Source of the DNA: Squalus acanthias
Taxonomy: Eukaryota
Length of the DNA stretch: 64,000 bases
Assembly (NCBI GenBank): GCA_030390025.1
Contig: JASTWF010000340.1
Span: forward strand, 248,001-312,000
Direction of reading: 5' to 3'
Positions 50,473 to 63,581 of this stretch are shown piece after piece (positions within the stretch are counted from its first letter, which is position 1; every line of letters starts with the position of its first letter). A program made the translations under genes and the position numbers. The notes under the pieces are model-generated. The model saw nothing but the letters and a program-made list of their open reading frames with translations, ran no database searches and was not told where the DNA came from.

Positions 50473-51139
50473 AGACTCACCGGCAGCGGAAGCAGCAACA
50501 GCGGCCATTGGAGGAGCCTGAGCGACAGCGGGGAGAATAAGCAACGGAGGAGAGAGCGAGGCCCAGACTCACGGGCAGCGGCAGCAGCTAGAGCAGCCCT
50601 CAGAGGAGCCTGAGCGAGAGCGGGGAGAATAAGCAACGGGGGAGAGAGCGAGGCCCAGACTCACCTGCAGCGGCAGCAGTGAGAGCGGCCCTGGGAGGAG
50701 CCTGAGCGACAGCGGGGACTATTAGGAGCGAGAGAGAGAGCGAAGCCCAGACTCACTGGCAGCGGCAGCAGGGCGAGCGGCCCTCGGTGGAGCCTGAGCG
50801 ACAGCGGGGAGTTTCAGGAGCGGGAGAGAAAACGAGGCCAGATTCACCGGCACCCGCAGCAGCGAGAGCGGTCCTCGGAGGAGCCTGAGCGACAGCGGGG
50901 AGTACAAGGAGCAGGAGAGAGAGCGTGGGTCAGACTCACGGGCAGAGCAGGGAGAGCGGCCGTGGGAGGAGCCTGAGCGACAGCGGGGAGCATCAGGAGC
51001 AGGAGAGAGAGCGAGGGCCAGACTCACCGGCAGCGGCAGCAGGGGGAGCGGACGTGGGAGGAGCCTGTTCGACAGCGGGGAGTGTAACGGAGCGGGAGAG
51101 AAAGCGAGGCACAGACTCAACGGCAGCGGAAGCAGGGAG
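50473..51139 (+). repeat. ~7 tandem copies of a ~92-bp GC/CpG-rich monomer directly 5' of ORF1
   Basis: GGAGCCTG at 50513, 50605, 50697, 50789, 50880, 50968 and 51060. Confidence 0.9.
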
Positions 51140-54100
51140 ATGAAAGGAATGACAGGGCAGCTCAGTCTAGCGGAGTGCACATCCTGTGGCATGTGGAAAT
51201 TCATGGACGCTTCGCATTGCATGGATGACAACATGTGCAGTAAGTGTCACCAGCTGCAACGACTCGAACAACGGTTTACGGCGCTTGAGCGGCGACAGGA
51301 GTCACTGTGCACAGCACGTTTAGTGAGGAAATCAACCTGCAACCTAAAGGAGGGCGGACAGAGACCAGGTGGGTGACCAGCAGATGGAAGAAGACCAGGC
51401 AAGCAGTGCAGGAATCCCAGGAGGGCATCTCGCTCTCCAACCGGCATTCTATTCTGAGTACTGGTGGGGGTGATACCTTCTCTGAGGAGTGCAGTCAGAG
51501 CCAAGTCCTCTTCACCACGGGTAAGTCCGTTGCACAGCAGGGGAGGAAAAATAGCGGAAGAGCAATAGTGGTAGGGGATTCAATCAGGAGGGGTCAGACA
51601 GGCGTTTCTGTGGCCGCAGATGTGACTCCAGGATGGTATGTTGCCTCCCTGGTGCCAGGGTCAAGGACTTCACCGAATGACTGCAGGGCATTCAGAGGTA
51701 GAGGGTGAAACGACAGAAGTTGTGGTCCACATCGGTACCAATGACATAGGTGGAAAGCGGGATGAGGTCCTGCAGGCAGAATTTAGGTAGCTAGGAGTCA
51801 AATTATAAAACTGGATATCAGACGTCTTAATCTCCAGATTACTGAAGGAGCTACGTGCTAGTGAGTCCAGAAATAGGAGGATAGAGCAGATGAATGCGTG
51901 GCTGGAAGGATGGTGCAGGAGGGAGGGCTTTAGATTCCATAGGCATTGAGACCGTTTCTGGGGGAGGTGGGACCTGTACAAGCCGGTCGGGTTGCACCTC
52001 AACAGAGCTGGACCCATTATCCTCGCGGGGAGGTTTGCTCGTGCTGTTAGCGATGTTTTAAATTAGCTTGGCAGGAGGATGGGATTGGAAGAATAGAGTC
52101 AGTAGGGAGGGAAGAAAAACTGCAATTGGAAAGCAAAAACGTAGAAAGTAAATTGGAAGGACAGAGGATTCAAGGGCTAGATAGTAGTCAACAAGGAGGT
52201 TTGCCTGTACTAAATACTGCATACTTCAATGCAAGGAGCATAGCGAACAAGGCAGATGAGCTCAGGGCACAAGTAGATACTTGGGATATTGATATTACAG
52301 CTATTACAGAGACGTGGCTGACAGAGGGGCAGTTATGGCAGCTCAACATTCCTGGTTACAGGTTTTTCAGACGTGACAGAGAAGGAGGTAAAATGGGAGG
52401 TGGGGTCGCGTTGTTGATTAAAGAAACTATTACAGCTGTGAGGAGGGTTGATATGTTGGTCAGGTCATCAAACGAGTCCATATGGGTCGAATTGAAAAGC
52501 AAAAAATGGGCGATCACACTGCTGGGAGTGTACTGCAGACCTACAAACAGTGAGAGGGAGGTGGAAGAGGAAATATATCGACAAATTTCTGAGAAGTGCA
52601 AAAAACATAGGGCAGTAATAGTAGGGGATTTCAACTACCCCAATATTGACTGGAATAAAATTAGTGTGAAGGGTATAGAGGGTGCGGTATTCCTAAGATG
52701 CATCCAAGATAACTTTTTTAGCCAGTGTTTAGCAAGCCCAACAAGGGACGGGACGGTTCTGGACTTAGTTTTAGGGAATGAAGCTGGGCAGGTAGAAGGC
52801 GTATCAGTGGGGGAGCATATTAGTGATAGTGACATTATTCAGTTAGATGTAAGGCAGTTATGGAAAACGACAGGGATAGACCAGGAATAAAAATTATAAA
52901 TTATGGAAAAACAAATTTTGCTTAGCTCAGAGGGGATTTAGCCATAGTGGACTAGAAACAGCTACTTGAAGGTAAATCAGTGTCAGAGCAGTGGGTGGCA
53001 TTGAAGGAGGAGATCCGGAGGATTGAGAGCAAATATATGCCCTTAAATAAAAAAGGTGGGACTAACAAATCCTTTAGCCGCCTGGATGTCTAGGGACATA
53101 CAGGGTAGGATAAAGAAAAAAAGGGAAGCGCATGACAGATATCGAGGGCTAAATACTGCAGAATCTTTCGAGGAGTACAGAAAGAGAAGGGGTGCAATTT
53201 AAAAGGATATTAGGAAAGCAAAGAGAAAGATGAACAATTCCTGGCAAGTAAAATCAAGGAAAACCCAAAGAGGTTTTAAAATATATGAAGAGTGAGAGGA
53301 TAACTAAAGAAGGGGTAGGGCCTATTAGAGATCATGAGGATAATCTGTGTGTGGAGGCCGGTACGTCGGTCGGGTTCATTATGAATACTTTGCGTCTGTT
53401 TTCACAAAGAAGAGGGGCGAAGCAGACATTGCTATCGGGGGCGGGGGAGGGGGGAGGAGTGTGAAATATTAGATGAAATAAACATAGTTAGAGAAGTAGC
53501 ATTAAGGGGTTTAACAGCTTTAAAAGTGAATAATTCCGCAGTTCCGGATGAAATGTATCCCAGGCTTTTAAGGAAGCAAAAGAGGAAAAAGCAGAGGCCC
53601 TGACCATCATTTTGCAATCCTCTCTGGCTTCAGGTGTGGTGCCGGAGGACTGGAGGATTGCTAATGTGGTACCCTTATTTAAAAAGGGAGAAAAGGATAG
53701 TCCGAGTAATTACAGGCCAGTCAGCCTAACTTCGGTGGTGGGAAAATTATTGGAAAGAATTCTGAAGGACTAGATAAATCTCCGTTTCGAAAGACACGGA
53801 TTAATCGAGGATAGTCAGCACGGATTTGTTAAGGGAAGATCACGTCTGACAAACCTGATTGAATTTTTTGAGGAGGTAACAAGGAGGGTAGATGAGGGTC
53901 GTGCGTTTGAGGTAGTGTATATGGACTCTAGCAAGGCTTTTAATAAGGTTCCACATGGCAGACTGGTCACGAAGTTAAAATCCCATGGGATCCAGGGCGA
54001 AGTTTCAAGTTGGATTCAGAACTGGTTCGGCGGCAGGAAGCAGAGGGTAATGGTTGATGGATGTTTTTGTGACTGGAAGGCTGTTTCCAGTGGGGTTCCG

Positions 54101-55040
54101 CAGGGCTCAGTACTAGGTCCCTTGATTTTTGTGGTATATATCAATGATGTCGACTTTAGTATAGGGGTATGATTAAGAAGTTTGCAGATGCTACTAAAGC
54201 GGCTATGTGGTTGATACTGAAGAAGGGAGCTGTAGACTGCAGGAAGATATCAATAAATAGGTCAGTTGCTCAGAACAGTTGCAAATGGAATTCAATCCGG
54301 AGAAGTGTGAGGTAATGCATTTGGGGAGGGCTAACAAGGAAATGGAATACACATTAAATGGTAGGATACTGAGTAGTGCAGAGGAACAAATTGACGTTGG
54401 AGTGCATGACCACAGATCCCTGAAGGTAGCAGGCCAGGTAGATAAGGTGGTTAAGAAGTCATATGGAATGCTTGCCTTTATTAGCCGTGGCATAGAATAC
54501 AAGAGCCGGGGAGTGTTATGCTTCAACTGTATAAAACACTAGTTAGGTTTCACTTAGATTACTGCGTGCAGTTCTGGTCACCGCATTGCAGGAAAAATGT
54601 GATTGCACTAGAGGTACAGAGGAGATTTACAAGTTATGAGGAAACACTGGATAGGCTGGGTTGTTTTCCTTGGAACAGAGGGGAGACCTTACTGAGGTGT
54701 ATAAAATTATGAGTGGCCCAGATAAAGTGGAGAGAAAGGACCTATTTCCCATAGCAGAGGGGTCAAAAACCAGGGGGCACAGATTTAAAGTAACTGGTGG
54801 AAGGTTTAGAGGGGATTTGAAGGGACATTTTTTCACCCAGAGGGTTGCGGGGGTATGAAACTCACTGCCTGAAAGGTTTTAGAGGCAGGAACCCTAATCA
54901 CATTTAAAAAGTACTTGGATGTGCACTTGGGATGCTGTAACCTGCAGGGCTACGGACCAAGAGCTGGAAAGTGAGATTAGTCTGGATAGCTCTTTTGTGG
55001 CCTCCTTCCGTGCTGTAACTTTCAATGATTCTATGATTCT
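50473..55040 (+). mobile_element. Near full-length decayed CR1: repeated 5' region, ORF1 (CxxC..CxxC + esterase), ORF2, 3' tail
   Basis: ORF1 start at 51140 with ECTSCGMW..CSKC, VVGDS, VHIGTND; ORF2 remnants from 52126; ATGATTCT tail. Confidence 0.9.
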
Positions 55041-55249
55041 ACATCCTTCCAAGGCATTAAAGGTAACTGTGCTGCGGGGAGGGAGAGACGCCATTGATGG
55101 AGATCCTCCGGCTCCAATCAAATAGGTCAACGTGGAAACAAGGAAGGGAAGTCTCACCGAAAGAGAGGCCAGTGTCAGAGGAAAGAAGAGGAGACGGATT
55201 GGAGGAGAGGACCGAGAGACTGGAGCTGATCAATGCATGATTGAGGGTT

Positions 55250-55960
55250 TCCGTGCCAGATCAAAGACAACTATACATCAGAGGATACAAAACATCATAC
55301 TGAGCCTGAGTAAACAGCCAGGGAGGGGGATGGAATCGGCGACATGATTTTGGAGTTTGTGGTGGGCCATATGTGATGGCGTCCGTCTTTCTTATGTTTA
55401 ATTGGGGCAAATCGCAGCTCATGCAGCGCTGTTGCCGTCTGAGAACATAGTGGAGGGTGGAGAGAGATGGTGGAGAGCTGGAGCTGGGTGTTGTCAGCAG
55501 ACATGTGGAAGCTGACCACATGTCTAGATAATGTCACTAAGGGCAACATGTAGATGAGGAAGAGGGCGAGGAATGGGGAAGATTGGAACGTTCAGAGACT
55601 CGAGAGTTAACGGTGCTGGTGTGGGAAGAGAAGCCATTGCTGGAGATGCTCTGGATACCATCTGATCGGTAAGACTGGAACCGAGTGACGGTAGTCTCCC
55701 CGAAAGAGGCCAGTGTCAGAGGTATGGAGAGATCACGGGTGGGTTTGCCGCCGGTTTGGAGGAGTGGGTGAAGATGGCGAGGGGATGAGGCCATGAAGGG
55801 ATTTAAATCCAATAATCAGAATTTTATACTCAATGCTTTGGTGGGATTGAGAGCCAGTGCGGGTAAGTGAGGGCGAGAGCGATGGGCGAGCGGAACTTGG
55901 GAAGGCTGGACATAGACAGCAGAGTGTTGGATCGGTTGACATTGATGGAAGGTAGAGGTT
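55250..55960 (-). mobile_element. L2-clade LINE fragments
   Basis: VSFHMSADNTQLQLS (FHMYADDTQLYLS-like) and IEYKILIIGFKSLHGL. Confidence 0.75.
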
Positions 55961-56454
55961 TTGTTGCCGGCCAAGAGTGAATAAGAGGAAGTTAGTCAGG
56001 AGGTTGCACAGTTCTAATTTAACTGGCGCTGTTAACCCATGGAGACTATATATCTGCATAAAATAGCGGAGAGAGTAATGTCAATGCGGCACGTTTCGTG
56101 TCCATCCCCCTAATAACACCCACAGTAATTTCTAGGCTCCAATCCTGAACATGGCATTTAAATATCTCTGGGAAACTGCAGGGACAGAGTGAAACGGTTC
56201 TGCTTGTGTCCCTGGATTGAGAGTACACGGCGGAGAAATAATTAAAATTCATAAATAAATTGGGAGCAATGATCATGGTTACTATAAACACATGAACGCT
56301 ATAAATGAAGCCGCTCATTATTGTTGGATCAGTCCTGTATGGGGAGATCTTTCAATCTTATTCCCCAGAGAGAGCTGATTAAGATGTGGTCATTGAGATG
56401 TTTGTGTTGTATGCACCACATTATTTAACTCGAAGTCAAAGATCCTGATGTAAT

Positions 56455-57034
56455 GGCCCAGAAATTAAACATGGATGGTTCCCGCGGGGGTAAGGATTCC
56501 CCGCGATATCGCACTCCGCGCCTACCTTTTTGATCCGGGCCCACACAAACTTTAGTTTCAAAGGCTCTCTCTGTTGGAACCATGCAGTGCTTGCGTTACT
56601 CGGAGGCGCAATTCGTTCGTGCGAGCTCGGGGATCACGTGATTCAAGTTGGAGCCAATGGCAGCACACCATCTTTCATTCATAGTTTTGACAGGAAGACC
56701 TGTCAAAGGTATGAATACTACACACCCCCAGAAGAACAGCTAAACCTCAATTAAATTTTTAAAAAGCCATCACAATAATAATATAAGTATATTTCTTTGT
56801 GTGTAAAATCTTCACCACTTACCTGCGCGTTCAAAGCTGGAAAAATGACTAAGTGCACTGCGTGCGCACAGCCTGTAGTGGGCACGCGGTTCACTTAGGC
56901 ACCGCCCCCTTTTCCATTCACGAAGTGCCGGTTTCCCGCGCATGCGCAGTGAATGCAGGAAACCGGCAATTCGGGATCGAATACGCGAGAGTACACAGCG
57001 CGTACTCTCGCGTATTAGGTTTAATTTTCGGCCC
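56455..57034 (+). mobile_element. MITE copy 4 (internally deleted), inserted in the gene B promoter
   Basis: GGCCCAGAAATT...AATTTTCGGCCC; TSD AAT at 56452-56454 and 57035-57037. Confidence 0.9.
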
Positions 57035-57037
57035 AAT

Positions 57038-57135
57038 GTGTTTGTTCAAGTGACTGTAACTAATAGTAATGATCAGGGGTATAATCGTGTCAGTGGAGAC
57101 TTGTCCCCTGTATAAATCAGGGCCCATTGGAATGG
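57038..57135 (+). promoter_or_regulatory. Proximal promoter of gene B with TATA box (TATAAA 57111-57116)
   Basis: TATA 91 nt before the ATG; motifs shared with gene A. Confidence 0.7.
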
Positions 57136-57201
57136 ATCAGCTCAGAGTGCCTGCCGGAGCTGTGGGTTCCACTCCAACAGAAGTCGCTGCTTCTCTCAGA
57201 A

Positions 57202-60200
57202 ATGGGACATCCAGTTATCCGTCAGATAGAAAATAATTATTATCCTGTTATTTCAGCCGTTGGGGTTACTGGTAAGCAGTTATCTTTCTGTGAATGGTGA
57301 AAATCGGTGTTAACTCTGCTGCTGTAGTTGGTAATGGCCCAGAAATTGATCTCGCTCTGTTCCCGCGGGAGTAAGCCTTCCCCGCGTTCTCTCACTCCGC
57401 TTGTGCTTTTTCAGATCCAGCTCGCACGAACTTGATGTTCCAGACATCAGCCGGGCAGTGCTTGCGTATCCCACCGGCGTAGTGAATTCGTGCGAGCTGT
57501 GGGATCACGTGACTCAGTTAGAGCCAATGGCAGCACACCATCTTCCATTCATAAGTTTCACATACGTGCTTTGAAATCTATGAATCTTACACCCCCCCAA
57601 AATAACAGCTAAACCTCAATTAAATAAAAAAAAAACCATCACATTAATAAAATAAGTATAGTTAAATAAATTAACCATTTTAAATAAAAAATTAAATTTT
57701 TGAAAAAATTTAAAATCTTTTAAAAAGTTATAAAAATAAACTTACCTGTCTTTAAAGTCTCTAAAAAAGATATAACTGTTAAAAAAAATTCAAAAAAATA
57801 CTTAATTCACTACTTACCTTGTTAAAAGTGGGTCTTACTCCTCCTTTTACCATTTCTAAAATCTTCAGTACTTACCTGCGCGTCCAAAGCATGAAGTGCA
57901 CAGCGTGCGCGCAGCCTGTAGCGCGCACGCGATGCACCGAGGAACCGCCCCCTTTTCAAAAGACCAATTGCCGGTTTTCAGCGCATGCGCAGGGCATGCA
58001 GAAAACCGGCAATTGCAGAGGGAATACGCGAGAGTACGCAGTGCGTACTTTCGCGCACCGGGGTGAATTTTTGTGCCATTGTTTTTCTCCCTGCATGTTT
58101 TCCACAGCCGCCTGTTCTGTTCCAGCAGTTGAATGATGGGATGTCCTCAGACTCTGCTCTTGTGGTCTTGTAGGAGTTTATTATATCTGGAATGATCTTT
58201 GTGGATCCAACCCTGGCATTGTAACTGGATCATTCTCTGTACAGAATATATTGTGAAGTATTATATCACTGTGTGTGTATATGACGCTGATCAAAGCTCT
58301 GGCGACTGAAGTGTGTTTGCTGCTGACACCTTCACATCTCCTTCTTTGATTCACTGACTGTCACTGGACTTCATTGTAAAATGTAATGTTTTCAGGTGAT
58401 GTTGTATCAGTCTGCATTCTATCTGTTGGAATCAGGAGCCGTTCTATTGATCTGGGGATTATCAGTGGCAGCGGGGAGGTTGCTGTTTTTTTGTTAATTG
58501 AGCAATCCCGCCATCTAAGGCTGCACTTTATAATTACAGGAGAAGGGACTTCAATCATTGTGAGGTCTGTCTGGAAGATTCTGTTTATTCCATGCATTGC
58601 AGATCAATGTCGGTGAACAGGTGGAGACTTGAGTGATCTGTGGGAAGAATAAACTATTCACAGTGGCTTCAGCATTGAGCAAAATTACTCTCGGAATTAA
58701 ATCATTGAACACGCAGAGAGTGAACAGAACTCAGGCGCAGTTGATTAGGATTAAATGAAAAAGGGCATTGAGAAAGTGATTGGAGACAGTTGAGAGAGAT
58801 AAAGAGTAGCGATATGTACAGAGGCTGGGATGGAAAACTAGAGGAAGTGAGTGAAGGGAGGGGTGAGAGAGAGAGATTACAAAAGATTACATAGGTTATA
58901 CAACTGAGAAACTGGCCATTCGGCCCAACCAGTTCATGATGGCGTTTATGCTCCACTCGAGCCTCCTCCCATCCTTCCTCATCTAAATCTTTCAGCATAA
59001 CCCGCTATTCCCTTCTCCTACATATGCTTATCTAGCTTCCCCTTAAATGCATCTATACTATCCGCCTTAACATATCCCTGTGGTAGCGAAGTCCTCATTC
59101 TCAACACTCTCTGTTTCTTCTGATTTTCCTATTTGATTTCTTGGTGAATATCTTATATTGATAACCGCTAATTATTTCCTTTCCCTCAACTGGACATACT
59201 CTCTCTGTGCCTATTCTATCAGAAACATTACTATTTTTAGAGAACTCTATCAGATCACCACTCAGCCTTCTATTTTCAAGGCAAATGGGACCCAGCCTGT
59301 TCATCCTTTCCTGATAGATATACCCTCGCCTTTCTGGTATCATCCCTGTAAATCTAAGACAGAGAGCGAGAGAGGCAACGGTGCGCATATTTCATCGGAA
59401 TGATCTGCTGAAACTTCCAGTCCAATTATGATGAGGAACTGAGCTTTGAAGGTGATGTTCGGATGTTTTCAGATTGTGAGCATTTATTGTATCGCTATGA
59501 GTTCCCAATCTCTTCTGCTGAATGTTCAGTTATCTTATTCACTGACTGGACAAGTGTATTTACAGAATAGAATCCGTGATTTATTGATTGTAATGGATTA
59601 TTAGAGTATTATATTTTAAACGCTCTGTGACAGCGGACTTCAGTAAAGAAAGAGGTTGTTTTAATTAATACATTTTAATTGAATTTGCTGAGTAAATTAA
59701 TTGAACACATTTGGTACACAGCCTGCTGCTCTCTGACACACAAAGCCACATAAATTATTGTTTGATAGTGTTCAATGAGTTGTGTTACTGGGATTTTTAT
59801 TTGATTTGCTCTCAGACTCTGCTTCACTCTCTCCCTGTGAATCCCAGTCTCTCCTCCTCCTGCATTGAATCCTCTGTCTCCTCATCCGATGCTTCAGTTT
59901 GTCCGCTTTCCCAAACTCTCAGCTCCTGATTCCCCTCCAGCTCCCACATGTCCTTTTCCTTCTCTCCCTCCCAATCCCACTCACTGGCCCGCCCTCCAGC
60001 TGCCTGTTCCCGTTTACTGCCAGCCCCTGTCAGCTCTCCTAAACCAGACCAACAAACCAGCTTCACCTCCTCCCACTCACCCCAATCCTTCCCAGCGTTC
60101 AGTCTGGAGCCCAAATCCGGACTTAACCCATTGGATTCTGGCTCCCCAAAACACTTCTCCATTCCCCACCGGCACTGCGCCGTCACTCGGCCCTTCCAGT

Positions 60201-61332
60201 GGATTCCGTTGCTCAATTTATTCACTTTCTGTATCGAGTTCCCAATTCATTCTCGATAATTGTGTTGCAAACATTTCTCTGCCCGAAAGCGCTGCCCAGG
60301 ACCAGGAATCAGTTTCCACCGTTCGATGCAGCAACAAAGCTGGAAATTTCAACCCAGATCCTGTCAAACTGCTGCTTTGGCACCAGATCTGATCAGTAAT
60401 TTGTCGGCTTCCCTTCTCTCTCTCTTACAGTGAACTTGGTGGCGATTGTGATACTCTCCCGAGGAAAGTACGGTCTCTCCAAATGTATCACTCGCTACCT
60501 GGTGGGAATGGCAGAGGCCGATCTCATGGTCGTCATCTCTGATCCCATATTGAGGTGGATTGGTCGGATATATTTCCCATATTCATTCCTGAGAATTACT
60601 CCCTTGTTTAGTCTTGTTCTGTTTCTGATTTTTGCAAGCACGATGGTTTCTGTCTGGCTCACAGTCGCTTTCACCTTTGATCGGTTTGTGGACATTTGTT
60701 GTGAGAAGCTGAAAACAAGATATTGCAACGAGAAAACGGCGGCTGTGGTTATCGGAACAGTGACTGTGCTGGGCTGTTTAGAGTCTGTCCCCTGGTACTT
60801 TACACTTGAACCTTACTATGTAAATGATAATGTTCCCTGGTTTTGTAAGCATAAACCCAGCTTCTATACTTCCCCCTCATGGGTCGCATTTGTGTTGATT
60901 CACCGCATTTTAACTCCTTGTCTCCCGTTCTTTCTGATCTTGCTGCTCAATGCTCTGACGGTCAGACGTATTTTAGTGTCCAGTGGAGTCCGCAGGGGAC
61001 TCCGGAGCCGCAGCGATGGAGAGAATCCCAAGGACCTAGAGATGGAGAACAGAAAGAAATCCATCATTTTACTCTTCAGTATAACCGGCAGTTTTATATT
61101 GTTATGGGTGACCCAGATTGTACTTGTCATCTATAAGCGAATTACAAACAATTATTTTCTTTCCATGAATGAACCACTTTATATCACAGGACACACAACA
61201 GCAATGCTTCAGGTTCTAAGTTCCTGCACCAACACGTGTATTTACGCTGTGACCCAGTCTAAATTCAGAGAGGAGCTGAAGAACGCGGTGAAATACCCAC
61301 TCAAGCTAATTGTAAAATTATTTAAATCATAG
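57202..61332 (+). CDS. GPR139/142-like class A GPCR gene B; join(57202-57271, 60431-61332), 323 aa
   Basis: Exon 1 MGHPVIRQIENNYYPVISAVGVT, donor G|GTAAGC, polypyrimidine acceptor TTACAG|TG, phase 1 in frame; GxxxN, ADL, DRF and NTCIY motifs with hydrophobic helices. Confidence 0.9.
57336..58077 (+). mobile_element. MITE copy 5 in the intron of gene B
   Basis: GGCCCAGAAATT...AATTTTTGTGCC; flanks AAT/ATT. Confidence 0.9.
58885..59352 (-). mobile_element. CR1 3' fragment in the intron of gene B
   Basis: RFTGMIPERRGYIYQERMNRLG remnant plus antisense 3' UTR. Confidence 0.75.
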
Positions 61333-61529
61333 GAAGAGCTGTAATGTTTCAAGCACTAGAACTACATCCCATTTCATCCCCCATCTACTGTACTCCCCAC
61401 TGGATGGACAGTACATTTTACATTAGCAGCACCGAGACCTGAGATTATTTTAAACCTGATGTGGGTATTATATTCTATTCAAAATCCGACCTATTAGGTC
61501 GGTTCTCCTTTGCAAACCACACATGAATT

Positions 61530-62455
61530 ACATAGAACATAGAACAGTACAGCACAGTACAGGCCCTTCGGCCCTCGATGTTGTGCCGAGCATTGTCCGA
61601 GACCAAGATCAAGCTATCACACTCCCTATCACTCTGGTGTGCTCCATGTGCTTATCCAATAACCGCTTGAAAGTTCCTAAAGTTTCCGACTCCACTATCA
61701 CAGCAGGCAGTCCATTCCACACCCCAACCACTCTCTGAGTAAAGAATCTACCTCGGACATCCCTTCTATATCTCCCCCATGCACCTTATAGTTATGCCCC
61801 CTTGTAACAGCTGCCTCTACCCGAGGAAAAAGTCTCTGAACATCCACTCTATCTATCCCCCTCATCATCTTATAAACCTCTATTAAGTCGCCTCTCATCC
61901 TCCTCCACTCTAAAGAGAAAAGCCCCAACTCCCTCAATCTTTCCTCATAAGACCTCCCCCCCAAACCAGGCAGCATCCTGGTAAATCTCCTTTGCACTCT
62001 TTCCAATGCTTCCACGTCCTTCATATAGTGAGTTGACCAGAACTGCACACAATATTCCAAATGTGGTCTCACCAAGGTCCTGTACAGTTGCAGCATAACC
62101 TCACGGTTCTTAAACTCAACACCTCTGTTAATAAACGCCAACACACCATAGGCCTTCTTTACTGCTCTATCCACTTGAGTGGCAACGTTCAGAGATCTGT
62201 GGATATGAACCCCCAGATCCCTCTGCTCCTCCACGTTCCTCAGAACCCTGCCGTTGACCCTGTAATCCTTATTCAAATTTGCCCTACCAAAATGAATCAC
62301 CTCGCACTTATCAGGGTTAAATTCCATCTGCCATTTTTCGGCCCAGCTCTGCATCCTATCAATGTCTCTTTGCAGCCTACAACAGCCCTCCACCTCATCC
62401 ACTGCTCCACCAATCTTGGTGTCATCCAAGTCATTGATAAAAATCACAAACAGCA
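61530..62455 (-). mobile_element. CR1 3' fragment just downstream of gene B
   Basis: LFVIFINDLD..WQMEFNPDKC..LVRPHLEYCVQFW; ACATAGA tail. Confidence 0.9.
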
Positions 62456-62514
62456 GCGCTAAAGAGCCCAGCAGGACTTCATCTGAAGTCGCTGCCAATC
62501 AAAGTAGCTGCTGC

Positions 62515-62659
62515 TGGCCCTCTGACAGTGCAGCGCTCCCTCAGCACTCCACTGCAGTGTCAGCCTGGATTTCAGTGCGCAACTCTCTGGAATGGGACAA
62601 TGAACAAACAACCGTCTGACTCAGAGGTGAGGGTGCTACCAACAGAGCCACAGCTGACA
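62515..62659 (-). mobile_element. tRNA-derived SINE head
   Basis: Reverse complement of the head seen at 31204 and 32188. Confidence 0.7.
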
Positions 62660-62679
62660 ATGTAGGAACATCGATTGAA

Positions 62680-63580
62680 AAATAGACATATGTAGTGAGA
62701 GATGATAAATGGATAGATAGAGAGAAATGAAAGACACATAGATAGATGGAGAGGGAAATACAAAGAGATACTTAGAGCGATGGAAAAACAGGAAATACAA
62801 AGAAGCAGGTGAGATGGAATCAGATCGAGCAACAGATAGAGAGATAGAGAAAAAAGGGCAATTTACACAGAGAGAGATGGAAACAGAAACAGAGAGGGAA
62901 ACTCAGGGAAAGAGAGCAAAATTAATAGAGGGTGATAGAAACAAAAAGGGAGGGCCAGATAAAATGAGAGAGAGATAGAGAGAAGAAGAGAGAGACATAA
63001 AAAGCGTGAAACAGAGAGAAAAACAAACAGATTGAAAAACAAATATAAATAGAGATACACCGCGACAGATAAACAGCGAAAACAGAGAGTTCGATTGGAA
63101 CAAAACAAAGAGAAATATAGACAGAGAGAGAGAGAGGGGAAAATTATTTATGTGTAACTCACAGTGTAGAACTTCTGCCGGTATCACTCACTGCAGCTGC
63201 TCCTGGGAAGTGAAAATGAGAATGAGAATCGAGATAGAGTGAGGCAATGAAAGAAAGATACAAACAGAGAGAGAAAGACACACAGCAAGATGCAGACAGA
63301 AAGTGGTAAAGATGGAGCACGTGACAGAAATCAGAGCGAGACAAAACAAGTCAGGAAAAGATAAGCGAATGGAAATATAGGAAGTCAGGGAGAGAGAAAC
63401 ACAGAAAATGGGAGACAGTAGCTGAATACCGAAAAGTTGCAGAGAGGAAAGTTATAAATAAGAAGGTAAAGAGGCACAAAAGCGTGACAACCGAATAGAA
63501 ACACAAAGAAGCAGAGATTGAACCATGTAGAGGGAGAAACAGACAGAGAGAGTCATGAAGATAAAATGGATAGAAAAGAA
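62680..63580. repeat. GA-rich low-complexity tract
   Basis: Strong purine skew with degenerate GA/GATA runs. Confidence 0.8.
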
Positions 63581-63581
63581 G

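Noticed and set aside
50722..51234. 170-aa minus-strand ORF
   Set aside because: Antisense read-through of the GC-rich 92-bp tandem repeat.
59820..60400. ORFs of 100-175 aa in the gene B intron
   Set aside because: Pyrimidine-rich low-complexity sequence giving biased Pro/Ser or Glu/Gly translations.
62680..63580. Hydrophobic minus-strand ORFs resembling membrane proteins
   Set aside because: Translation artefact of the GA-rich tract.
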